A DNA stretch of 53,040 nucleotides, counting the filler, from Jimgerdemannia flammicorona (lineage: Eukaryota), in NCBI GenBank assembly GCA_003990765.1. It is 2 parts of 2 records of this genome, joined end to end, with 100 filler letters (N's around TTAATTAATTAA, not from the genome) between each part and the next. Parts side by side here need not be neighbours in the genome. Positions count along the whole stretch, not along the records: positions 1 to 26,490 come from RBNJ01000724.1; 1 more part is not named here. One strand, 5' to 3'. The notes under the pieces were generated by a model. The model saw only the letters and a list, made by a program, of their open reading frames with translations. It ran no database searches and was not told where the DNA came from. Both the position numbers and the translations under genes were made by a program. Below are positions 11,453 through 23,290 of this stretch, in pieces (position 1 is the first letter of the stretch; every line of letters begins with the position of its first letter).

Positions 11453-14400
11453 TTTTTTTTTTTTTTTTTTTTTTTTAATAGAATTAAGTAGTGTTCTCAA
11501 ATAAATTGAATCAAATCAAATTTAACCCAAACTTGATTCAATTTGATTGAATCAAAGGTCTAATTCAATTCAATTTAAATCAAATCAAAGGTCTAATTTA
11601 ATTTGAGATTTAATTTAAATTCTATTTTTTAAAATATAATAACTTAATAAAAACATATCTATATTTAAAGATATTTAGTTTGTTAAATTTAAGTATATTT
11701 CTATTAAGTTATTATATTTTTAAAAATAAGATTCAAATCAGACCCTCAATTCAATTCAAATTTAATTTGATTTGAACTTAATTCAAATTGATTTGATTTA
11801 TTTAAGAATACTAAAATTAAGTTCTTATAGATATTTATTAGAAGAGTACCTAAACTATATAGACCAAAACTCTCTCCCATCTTTCTCTTAAGCACTATCT
11901 CTCTATTGTTCTTAGGCTATATAGAGAACCCACAGTCTCACCATTCTAGCTATATAAGTGTAGTATTTTATACTTCTATTCCAATAATATATAGACTGAA
12001 CTAGTCTGTTTACTAAGACTGAATCATCAGATCAATACCATGAGAACATATCTATATATTAGATCTAATGATACTAAGACTGAATAATATAACCTCTTTG
12101 ACCTCAAATAAAAGTCAGAGATAAAAGAAAAATCCTTCAACCAATCAATAAGAAGTAGAATAGATTCAAGATAGGTGAGTAAAAGACTTATATGTGAGAT
12201 CTCTACAAAAGAACTTATATATAAGCTAAGATCTGAAAAGATCTCACTTCTACTCTCCAAGCCTATAGGCTTCAATTATATTATCATATTAACTCCTAGT
12301 TCTAGTCAGATACTATCAAATAAGAAAGAACCTACTCTTTAAGCCTATAGGCCTCTTTTTTTTTTATTTTTTTATATAGTCACTTGGACTTCTACTTTAT
12401 TATCCTCTAATCTATATTATACTAATACAAATATATAATATACTCCTCACTCAATCCTACAAAGAGTCTCCTCTTCTCTCCCATTTCTTTCTCTCCATCT
12501 TTTTGGAAATTTACTATCTCCTCTATAACTCTAATCCTCTTTCTAATCTATCTACAAATCTTCTCTATAAGTCTCTTATAGAGCTCTTCTCCAGATCTCT
12601 ACCCTCTCTATCAATTATTCAAAAGGTCTAATAATAACTATTTCTATCTCACAACTTACACTCCAAGTGCCAACTACTGACTATCCTCAAATATATATAG
12701 CTAATATTCAATAAGTTCAACCCAAATAGCCAGAACCCACCTAATAGTTAACTACTTATCTCCAATCTCTTCCACCAATATCCTCTGAAGATCACTCCAC
12801 CTTCTACCCACTATTTGCTCAGATAGATGTACTTCTATCTAATCCTTGATAGTCTTTTAAAAGTCTCTCATAACCTTGTACTCTCTCAGCCAATACTCAG
12901 GTATCTGTACTACTCTACTCTCTTACTCAATATTAAGGTACTCCTCATACTCCAGAGTACCCCCTTTTGTCAAATATCCTGATCTATAGTTCAATATCAC
13001 ATTGTACTATAAGAACCTCTACTATACTACCCAGAACTTAGGGGAAATCTACCTTACCACCTACTTGCTCTAAGACTAAATACTATTCCAGTCCCACTCT
13101 TTGCCAATTCCTACCCCTTGCTAGGTCTCCAGTCACAAATCTCTTCTATACTCTTGAAGATATTCTATACTATTCTCCAAACTAAAATCATCCACTGGTA
13201 TGCTCTCTAATAAAAGATAGTCCCATCTCTATATCTAGAGTCCCCAGTCCTTCTCTTCTCATCACTCTACTACTAAAGACTAATTTATTGAGCACCATCA
13301 ACTACTTCTCACTAGAATTTCCTATAGTGCATCTTCTAGCTCTTCTCTAGTACTATTTGAGAGAACAAGTTACCAGATGTACTATAGAGAGAGAATCATA
13401 CTTCCCACACTCTCTGTATAAGGGATACTCACTCTTGACCCCTCAACTTGCTAGCTTACTTCAGCCACCATACTCTCAAGCAGTATAGATACTTAGTAAA
13501 GTCCACTAGACTCAGCCCTATCTTGTCTACTGATAATGTCATTATCTTCCATCCAATCTGACTCTGCTGCTCTATCAAAATCTATGACCTGACTATCTTC
13601 AATAGTCTCTTAACCACCCATACTAAGAAGTTCAAGTGATATCCCAGATATCATAACTTAGACAGCTAATATATATTCAACATCATCACTCTTCTAGCCA
13701 GAGAGATATATTGGCCACCTCACCTCAGAAGAGTACTGCTCTACTCAATCAGCTACTGCTCTCACTATTTCTGAGATAATAGAGAACTATATACTGAGAA
13801 GTAGATCCCCAGATATCAGACCACCTCTTCTGCCAGAACAACTGTTCCAATCACATTCTCTCCTACTATTCCTCTACCTAATACCAAAGTCTTGCACTTA
13901 TATCAGTTAAGCTTAGTACCTAAGTATCTCTCATACTATTTTACTACACTCTTCAGTACTGTCACATCCTCCACAGAGCCCAGCCTAACTACTATATCAT
14001 CAGCAAAGACCCCCACCTTTCAGTTTATTCTCAGAATATTCAATCCCTCCACTTTGTACCTAATCCTGTCTAACAAAGGCTCTAGAGAGAGGGTATAAAG
14101 GATTGGTGACAGTAGGTCTCTCTGCAGCACTCCTCTGTCTAGAGGAAAAGACTCTCCCCTATAACTATTCATCATAATAGCCACCTGACTCCCCTCCAAC
14201 AGACTGATCAAAGCTTGCTTGAATCCTTGGAAAATCTCTATATACTTCAGCACCCCCTCCAGTCACACTTACTGGACCTTGTCATAGGCCTTCTCCTGGT
14301 CTAGAAATACTAGCTGACCATTGACCCTAGTAGCATGGGCTTCTTCAATAACACTGTGGACCCATGCTGTTCTATCTCTTATTAAATAACTCCTGACAAA

Positions 14401-14670
14401 GCCTCTCTGCTCTGTCCCCAATACCTACTGAGCCACTCCTTGCAACCTAGCCACTAAAATCTTTGTAACCAACTTGCAATCCATATCCAGAAGTATAATC
14501 AGCTTCCAGTTCTTCAAATCCTCCCTTCTCTCCTTGTTCTTATATAAAAGACCCAAGTGCTGCCCCCCAATCCAGGTCTCTGAGCCAATAACCTCATTAC
14601 ACATCCATGTCATCTAATCCAAAGCCACCTCCATCCCCACCATCCTCTTCCAGAAATCCCAAGGTAAACC
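11453..14670 (-). mobile_element. 3' half of the same L1/Tx1 LINE (reverse transcriptase, 3' region, poly(A) tail)
   Basis: Starts GLPWDFWKRM at 14670; LLYKNK…LKNWKLIILLDMDCKLVTKILVARL; RGVLQRDLLSPILY (QGDPLSP); VFADD at ~14000; poly(T) 11453-11476 on + is the poly(A) tail. Confidence 0.9.
11489..11813. mobile_element. hAT-like MITE (325 bp) inserted in the LINE 3' end
   Basis: TIRs TAGTGTTCTCAAATAAAT (left) and TAGTATTCTTAAATAAAT (right, reverse complement). 8-bp TSD GAATTAAG (11481-11488) / AAATTAAG (11814-11821). Internal fold-back (~11624-11660 vs ~11692-11728) and TCAAAT/TTGAAT subterminal repeats. Confidence 0.85.
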
Positions 14671-16200
14671 TGTAACCCTGCGGCGGTATGCATGAGTTGC
14701 TAATTGTGAAGATAGCGGCGTCCGGAGCTTGTCGACGACCGTGAAGTTGTTTTCAATATCGATGTTGGTAGTGCGGGCGATGTCGATTTCCGCGGTCTCC
14801 GTTGCGTTTGTACAATTCGTGGACATGGGTGGCATGTTGGGGCCGGCATAGAGGTTGTAGAATCCAGTTGCCGTCCACGGCTATTTCTTCAATTTGTCGG
14901 TAATCTTGATGACGATGTCGGGAACGGATTTCTCCTCGAAAACTACCGTGAAGGCCTTGGAGCACAGAAGCAGTATTCCTTCCGCAATTTTCTTCGTGGC
15001 CACCATTCCACGGCCCGTTCCGGGGATCTCAGTGATGCGCACGGGGCCCATCGTAATTTGAGTAGTCCAAGTAGGGTGGCCACGTCGACTGAGCTTTTGC
15101 AAAATGTTCATGACGTTGTACCGACCATGTTTTTGTTCCTCGAGCCGCTGCCGCGTGCGTTAGACAATTCTTGCGTCTCTGCGGTCGTTATGGTCAACAT
15201 TTTTAAGCTATTCCATGCCTCCTCATAGCATCTCATGGCATAGAGCGCCTTGGCTTGACGAAGCCGCGCCTTTGGATTCGCTCCATCAAATCTTAAAGCC
15301 GTCTTGTCATCTTGCGGCGTCTTCCGGAACTTCTGGAGTTACAGATGTGCTTGGATAGCAGTACGGCGTCATCCGGCTCCGGCTCTGAGGCTTGAGTATG
15401 GCTGCCAATAGCCGATGCGTATTCTTTACGATTGATTGTTCGTTTCCGCTAAGATGTAGGTCGCCGAACTTTCCGCTTCGAGGCCTTTATTATGCTTGAT
15501 AAGGGGGCCATACTTGATTGACACCGCATCGGACCACCGCAATCCGGCTAACAACGGTCCGTCAATCTGCTCACTTGGTACCAGGACCACATCGTCCGGG
15601 GGATCGCACCGGAGCATTGGGAGGCCGTCCTCCCCACCAGTTTTGTAGGAAGGCTCCCTGATGGAGAGGCCGCTTGCAATGAAATTTTAAAGAGACAGGC
15701 GCGCCGTCGTGACTTTTGTCTCCTGTACGGCAGACGCCCTTCACCAATGATTGGGTCCTCGATTTCTACATGGACGGCAACGGATTGCATAAAGCCATTA
15801 TTATATAGAGCAAAAATAAAAAAAAGGAGAAAGAATCGTCGAACGTCATCTAATTATTGTATGCCACGAATTTCCGTTGTACCTAAGGATATTGACGTAA
15901 TTGGTGACGTCACCATAAATTTCACCAGCCCAACATTGGATGCCAATTCCATCGTTGGTAGTGGTAGTTATGGCATGGTTGTGAGACGATCTAACAAGAT
16001 TATTGGCTATTTCTGTTTGTAAAACTGCCGAATGTGCGGGCGTATGTCGTCTTAAAGCAAATGAGCCAATACCTCCCATTTACCAATCTGAATTATAGTC
16101 GTCCACACTTTGCTGCTCGAAGCATTTTGCAATGGGATGGAAGGTAGCCTGCAATCAGCTAGTTCGTGATACTGAATATGAGCGATCTTTGCCAAAAGGT
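14671..16200 (-). pseudogene. N-terminal half of the TPR-SET pseudogene
   Basis: VHVEIEDP, LSIREPSYKTGGEDGLPMLRCDPPDDVV (family N-domain), TPR-like NPKARLRQAKALYAMRCYEEA, RLEEQKHGRYN, SET start GPVRITEIPGTGRGMVATKKIAEGILLLCSKAF, and IENNF. Frameshifted; truncated at 14671. 5' end approximate. Confidence 0.85.
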
Positions 16201-16479
16201 TCGGCGACTATCTGGAAATAGGGTTGATACGGGCACCATAAAGAGGGGGGAGGAGACTGATTCTATTACCAAGGATAGAGATGGAAAACAGTCGTATGTG
16301 CGTATATGTTAATTTCTGAAATTCAAAGGGGTTCATCAATGCAAAGGGGTGACCACAGCAGGTTGTTAAGAATTTTCTATATAAACTGACGCTATTCGCT
16401 TCCTTGCTTCAACATCACAATTCCAAGAATTTATTCATTTCAACACCCTCAACCAATCAACCAAAAATCTAAAATAACA

Positions 16480-17055
16480 ATGAACTGCGTCTTCTTCGCC
16501 ATCGCCTTCGCGGCTCTCAACTCGGTCAACGCCGTCCCTGATAACCTCGGCCTCAACACCACCCAACCCCTTAACCTCAAGCTCAAGACCGCCATCACCG
16601 AGGTTCAAGGGCAAGCTTTACTTAAATACAAAGTAATTATCCGAAATGCTCCCTCTCCCCTCTGCGCCATCAACCTCCCCCATATCCACCGAGATAACCG
16701 AGGGGAAATTCGAAATCGGGTTCATGCAGGAGAACGGAGTGCATGTGATCTCTGCTATTTTTCATGAAACAATACATCATTCCCACCTCAACTGACATAT
16801 CAACCACACTTTCTCCACCCCAACCTTAGGCCAACTTTACCATGAACCTTCTCAAAAAAGGCATGGTAAAAATTTACCCTCAGGGGGGCGATCCAATCGA
16901 ACTGCGAACCTACGGCGTTCGTCGTTGGCTTCAACAACGAGGATCCCGGTGTCAGCACAGTTGATTGGTGGTTTTCCCGCCAACATCGTCAGCGCCTCGC
17001 TCGGCGACCTCGGCATTGAGAGCGTCGAGGATCCTGCCAAATACCTCCAATGAAT
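16480..17055 (+). pseudogene. Secreted spherulin-1/germin-like cupin, degenerate
   Basis: Signal peptide MNCVFFAIAFAALNSVNA; LCAINLPHIH..RGEI (germin box PC.IN.PH.HPRA.E); NCEPTAFVVGFNNEDPGV downstream. Frameshifts present. Confidence 0.7.
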
Positions 17056-17479
17056 GTGCGGTTTTGCCACGGTCTGAGGTCTTCCTCACACATACACACA
17101 CACACCCCCCGCCGAGCATGAGCACTTTATCGTGATGTGTCGACTGTGAAATCAATTGTCGTCTATTGCGGCATCAGTCTCGAATCGACGACGACGAAAC
17201 TCCCATCCCTCCCGGCCACCACCCGGCCTTCCCCGGCTGGGAGCCTTCCCGTATTTCCTGAATCCGGGGCTGGATCATTCATCCTAGCACGTTTCATCCC
17301 CCGTGACTCCGCGACAATGACATCAGGCCGAGTAAAGCTTTCGAAGTGTGTTTTCGACGCGCTGTGAGGATTGAGATTCTTGTCCTCGTGTTCGTAAAGT
17401 ATGGGCGAGGATCGAAGAGCGGAGCCGCTTGTCTCGGGAAGGGTAATGTTCTGGGGTCGTTATCGTCCAACGGATGGAT

Positions 17480-18030
17480 CGATGGGCTGCATTAAAACGA
17501 AGACAACATTGGAGTCAATTTTTCATTATCGAACTACCTTTCCACGATCTTTACGCTCTAACTCCTAGTCGCATCCATCGAGCTCATTAACCTCCAAATT
17601 GATCTGCACGACTTCCTAACTACAATTTTGGCTCGTGTGAGCACAATCCACACGTGCCTGCACATCTCCTTCTAAAGTGCCGAGATCGCTTTCCCGTCCA
17701 TCCTCGACCCATTGATGGTGCAGATGGGTACATCGTCAAGTTTTCCGCTCACAACTCTAAGCCACTGTTTGCACCCTTGCAGCTTAAAATAACGAGCATG
17801 ACAACAAGTTGTTATATTATCATTTGTTAACGTGCTTGAATCTAGGTAGCGTACAGATATCCTCGGCAATTACTTGTTCCTTTTAACGGATCGGTCTTTT
17901 GTTTATTATTAGCAATTTTTAAGTTATTATTTTATTAATTAAAAATAAAAATATAAGAAAACCAGCTGTACTTCTATAGCGCCCGCCGCCCTATCCCACC
18001 CCGGCGCTTTTTGCCTTGATGACCTAGTTT
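17480..18030 (+). pseudogene. Weak HNH-endonuclease-like gene remnant
   Basis: 'ELINLQIDLHDF' (N.i.L..dlH..F) and a post-intron 'PPPYPTPALF' segment. A paralogous segment lies on the minus strand at 22863-22916. Heavily decayed. Confidence 0.25.
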
Positions 18031-18128
18031 GAAAGAAATTGGAGTTTCACTGTTAATGAATGAAATTGGAGTTTCGGCGTAAGTTGTCAAGCAGTTGAGT
18101 CGGTCGACGGATTTGTAGCTTAACCACG

Positions 18129-18660
18129 TGTCAGCAGCAGCAGTATGCGTCGCGGGAGTTAGAATAGTATATCAACAAGTAATGTGAGTGGACCAACGAC
18201 TGCCTGAGCAACCGCCGATACAAAAGCCACATCAAGTGTGGGCAACGGAGGACCCAAGGTTCGACCGCGCAGTAGACAATTACTAGGAAACAGATAAAGG
18301 CTGAGGATGTGGAGATACTAGTTAACGACGGGGGAAAAAGGGTGACGACCGTAAGACTACACCTCTCGTTCGAGGGCCATCAAGACGGCACAGGTCCCAC
18401 CGACTTAGAGGGTTCAATGGGCCTGGAGGCATCAACCATCCACCTGACCAACAACTTGTCCCCCGTGCCCCGTGGAGCAAGGGGTAAGGCAAATCGCTTC
18501 ACCGGTCGTGGGGGCGATAGGAACGCCGTGCATCAAACCTCGGATCTGCCCCCCTGGAGCCGTAGCTTTGCCGTAGCTTGCCGTAGCTTGCCGTAGCTTG
18601 CCGTAGCTTTGCCCACCCCTCTTTCTCTCTCCCTCGCCGTGGGAGTCTAGATGCACGACA
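18129..18660. mobile_element. Possible solo LTR
   Basis: Bounded by TGTC…GACA, non-coding, and contains an internal tandem repeat. No convincing TSD. Confidence 0.25.
18559..18610 (+). repeat. 10-bp tandem repeat (GCCGTAGCTT) x5
   Basis: Read directly from the sequence. Confidence 0.95.
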
Positions 18661-18879
18661 GACCGCGCGCACATGCTTCCACCAAGTGGTAGTGGGACGC
18701 GTAGCCTGGGAAATAAAATGGGGGGCGTAGGAGTGGAAAGGAATCGTAAAAGCGCTATTGCTTGTCGCGATTTTTTTTTTTTTTGTTGTTGGTGGCGGAA
18801 TTTGCTGACGTCGTCGGCTCTGTCGTCAGTGTTTCAGATGGACTAAGCCATAGACAGCAACATAGTGTGATGCATGCTC

Positions 18880-19292
18880 TAATAATAGCTATTAACCATA
18901 TCTATTAAAATGAAATAAATTCTATAAGCAACAAATTATATTTTATAAAATAGGGCAAGTTATATAATTTAATTATAATAATATAATTTTAGTTAGCATA
19001 TGATATAATATCTAAATTATTTTAAGATAATATATTATATCTTAAAAACAGATATGTTTTCATTTATATTAAATAATCATTGCATTATATAATTATAATA
19101 TATATAACTAATATATATTTAAAGTTTAGTAATTTATTTTTAATTAAAATAATAATTATTATTTTAAATATATTATATTACTACAAATTATATTAGAATA
19201 TATATTACAGCTAGTTATTCCTTATAGGTATAAATAATAATTATAATATAATATTATAATGTAATTTATAAATCCTGATATTGTATATTAAT
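18880..19292. repeat. Extremely AT-rich decayed repeat or low-complexity block
   Basis: Nearly all A/T with no CpG. Followed by AAGCCGCACAAGCCG-type short repeats at 19320-19402. Confidence 0.6.
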
Positions 19293-19530
19293 AATGGGCA
19301 AGGCATATAACATACAAGTCAAAGGCCGCACAAGCCGCAAGCCAAAAGCTGCACATTCCGGACAAGGTATATACAAGCCAAAAGCCGCACAAGCCGAAAG
19401 CCGTATATATAAATACAATTATTGCCCACAAGACCCAAAAACAAAAAAGAGAAATAGTGTTTTTTTAAAAAAAAAAAAAATTGACATTGTACAATTGTGC
19501 AAGGATGAATAATGTTAAGCTGGAAGTATG

Positions 19531-20960
19531 CTATATTGGAAATATACCGCAAGCCCATTTTACATTATGTCTTGGGCGCTCCAAGAATATGTTGAATGCA
19601 TCATCAGTTCGTTTTTTCTCTGGAAATAATACTTTGAAATCAAAGTGCACTTCTTGATAGTAGTGTACCATTGCCTCCTCGCCCTGTTTCACGAAGAGCA
19701 AATAAAAGAGATCTTCTAAACCTATATTCAGTGTAATGCAACTCCATCGAAGCCCAGTTTCCAATCCAACCAATCAGTCTTCAACGCCTTCCAATACTTG
19801 GCAACCAACTTCGCCGTTAGAGGTATGAGCCTGCTGGTCAAAACCAGGGGCTTGATTTCTCTGAGCGCTGCGAGCTCCATGCGAGCACCGTTGAGGAGGA
19901 TAACAGTGTGCTTTAGGCCTGCAGGGACGTCGATGGTGATGTCGTTGATGAACTCAATGAGGCCTCCGAAGGACGTTTTGAAGTAGGCTTTGGATCCAGA
20001 CTTCTCGTCGGCCTGTAACACACCTTAGCCACCACCTTAACCTAATTCTCTTTTTGTCGATTGTTGCGTTCTGGATATCTGCGATTGTCTGGCTCAAATG
20101 GATGAGGCAGTGGGAGACATGGGAACGGCCTTCTCATCCTTCTTAACCTCGGCAGATTTTGTGAATGGCTTTACAGCCTGCAAGTTTCTTATGACAGAAC
20201 TGGTAGCAGGGCCCTGAGTTCTTGGGGCGATTTATCTTGGCGAATTAGGCGTGAGCTGGTCAAAGCCTGTGATTCCAAATGGTCAAGAGAAGTTGAGGTT
20301 AATATTTGTGGGATTTAGTTGAATCCAATACGATAAATTCGTCCAATAGCGTATTAGAAGGTGACTTACATCATCGCGGACCACCTGAATTATCTTTGGG
20401 GCGTTATTGTTCCTCCGGGCATCCATGGAATGCTTCGCAAATCAATCACATCCTGATTTACGAAAAAGAATTCCCGTGAGTCATGAGTGAATAAGTACTT
20501 ACCGCACAAGCAAAACCTTTACCCACAACCTACCTGAATTAAGGATTTAGACGGCAATTAGGGTTCCTGAGAAAATCACCCATATCATCGAAATACATGT
20601 AGATCAAACCCTTGGTCCAGATCCTTACCAATGGTGGTCATCAACACCCATAATTATTCTTTCTTTTCCTCATCTGTATCAGCAACGCAGTTTCTTGATA
20701 CGCTCATGCATGATACATTTAGTCGATATCTGTGGCTTGAATAGTTCGCCGAAGAATTTGGTGGATCTCATCCAGCGCCGCTAGGCCTCGACGGCGATGT
20801 AGTACTTCTCGACGAATAGGGGCTAAACGGCGGCGGCGACGGTACCATCCTCACTCTTGTCGACCTTGGGGAGATCGCCCTTCCATTCCCCCTCGAAGTC
20901 CTCACGATAGTGATGGAGTGGATACTTACCCGCTGGTTATGACGCTTCCCGAAGAGTCGT
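19531..20960 (-). pseudogene. EIF4G: eIF4G pseudogene fragment (MIF4G and MA3 domains), intron-retaining
   Basis: KYPLHHYREDFEGEWK; YYIAVEA*RRWMRSTKFFGELFKPQISTKCIMHE; LMTTIGKDLD; IQ|intron|DVIDLRSIPW…APKII; MA3-like FKTSFGGLIEFINDITIDVP. Stops and frameshifts present. Confidence 0.85.
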
Positions 20961-21699
20961 GTTCTGCATCAAAAACTCGGTTAGGGTGTGCCGCTTTCCT
21001 CGCCAATTTTATTCCCTATAAAATGGGTGGACTGGCAGAGAATATTAACAAAATTCCATCACAAAACCGGACCAGGATAACACAGAAATTTTACGCATGC
21101 ATCGTCCGTGTGTATAAATGGTTGAAAAGAATCGGTTTGGCCTCTCGTAAGTTGGATTCTAGAGCTGCCAAGACGGGGTGAAAAGTCACAGCCAAAAACA
21201 TTGTTGGTTGGAGTCACGAATATCGTGAGAAAGGTCGAGAGAGGCGATACTTACTATTACATCCTGGTCTCCATCAGACGCCAGTGCAGCAAATGTCGTG
21301 GAGGTTGGAACGGTGATGGGACATTCGACAGGTTATAATAATGTACCCTTGGTTTAAACACGCTTGACAATTGTGGCTTGAAATACGACGTCATGCATGT
21401 GAGATTTGCGATCAATCAAAGGGGTCAGTTAACCGGCGGTGAGCGGCGGTTCTCCGCCGACGCTTTTACTAAGGAATTTGCTATGAAATGCGTCTCGGCT
21501 CTACCTATTGTAACGTGCCGGCAAATTACAAGGTTAGGGGGTTTGTGTAGTTTGGCTTGAGCCCCCAGTTACTTTGTCAAAAAGCAACAAAATGTTCCAT
21601 AATTCTTGATGTTGGTGTTTAGCGGTATAATAGACAAATCTGGATACAGCGGTCGATTCTGGCGGATTTCCTTATTGGGACGGTTCTTGGGTGTAGCGG

Positions 21700-22170
21700 C
21701 GATTTGTGTAGCGCGAGCAGTTTCCAAAAGTATCAAAAGTATGCGATTTCTGGCGTCGATCTGGTGTAACAGGGTAACTAAGCTGGTATGGTGTTTACGT
21801 CACCTGGTTATACTATGTTGTTCCTATGAAACCCGAAAAGCGACCTGTCGTTCATCTGGAATCTCCCTTATTCCGGTTGCAAAGACTCTGCTTTATTGCT
21901 TATTCAAACTACAACAAATGTTCGGGATCCGCGGTGGCTATATTGAAACGGTTCCAATGCGCGTAGAAGCCTTGCTCCCATCCATCCCAACGCCCCATCC
22001 TGCATTATGCGCTGAATTCTCCCCTTTACGCCCTTATTCTAGACCGTTTCCCGAGTTCGACAAGGCTTGCTTTGGAACGCGTCGATTTTTGGGCACGTGC
22101 CCTCACAATCACCTGTAAATCGAACGAAGACAAGGAACGTTAGCCTTGGTGCCTACGTAACCTGAAACCG
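21700..22170 (-). pseudogene. Possible Sel1-repeat remnant
   Basis: Fragments 'GWGVGMDGSKA' and 'GHVPKN' resemble the Sel1 G.GV..D..KA pattern. Very weak. Confidence 0.2.
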
Positions 22171-22479
22171 CACTATGCAAACTGAGATCGTATATACACG
22201 AAACTTCATAGAGTGATAGTCAAAGTTATCGATATGTTTATTGACTATTCATTTTACGTAATCTCTTTTCCAGTCTGAACTATCAATATGTTTTCTGTCT
22301 ATTCATTTTATATTCGATAATAGACACGCTATTTTGCCCAATCTAAGCTATGTGCTGGTCACGATATATATATATATATATATTACTCTCGAAAATATAA
22401 TGCCCTCCAATGTATATGGCGCGTGATGAAAAATGGCAGATCTATTTGTATACCCGCTAGAATCTAGTACTTTGCGGTT

Positions 22480-23290
22480 GGATTTTGTGAAGGGAAAAGC
22501 AAACGGTTGTCATCCATTGGTGGCTGGGAACTTTCGATTGACCCCTGAAAAGGCCCTGGCTCTGAATTACACGCCTGCGGATCCTGCATTTCGGTGTTGG
22601 ACGTGTGCGGAGCTCAATTCCAGCCACAAGCTGTCGGAGAAGTTGGTTGTTGTCTTGAACAACGTCCAGGATCTCGCTGATACGATCGGGATACCGAATC
22701 CAATCTCCCTGAGGTTAAACGCCTTGCACGGCGGGAACTTCAGGCTGGTGGAGTCGTGCTCGAAGATCTCTTGTAACTAGGGTTTCATTGAGAGTGTATT
22801 GCGCTGGGTAGCGTTACATGGCCAAAATCGCCGAATCGAGGGCGTGGAGGTTACCAGGGACGAAAAAGCGCTGGGGTGGGATAAGGCGGCGGGTGCTCTA
22901 CAAATACAGCTGGTTTCATTTTATTTCTCTTTTACAGTTGTAATATATTATAATACAATAATACAATAATAAAATAAATATTAATAATAAAAATAAAAGC
23001 AATAATAAATTAATAATACCCGTAATAAGATAAGTAAAAATGATAAGTAAAGTAAAAATGATAACTATCAGCAACCTGTTCCACCACTTGCCACTTACAT
23101 ACGTCATAAGCCTACTAGATAAACTGCACGAACGAAATCCCATAAGGAAGACAACTGCTGCGATGGACTTGTAGACAAAAAAATTATCGCGGCATAATAT
23201 GATCCGAGATTGAGCCATTGTGCAGCGCCCACCATTGATGAGAGCACGGTGCATCAGGTGCAGGACTGGAAAAACTTGTGGAAATTTCCC
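22480..23290 (-). pseudogene. Degenerate gene paralogous to the 17.5-18.0 kb remnant (possibly HNH-like)
   Basis: AT-rich intron-like tract 22920-23060 followed by CAG and 'PPPYPTPALF'; upstream 'SRIILCRD'. Confidence 0.25.

Noticed and set aside
21606..22118. 170-aa plus-strand ORF
   Set aside because: No ATG start or recognisable motif; the weak coding signal is on the opposite strand.
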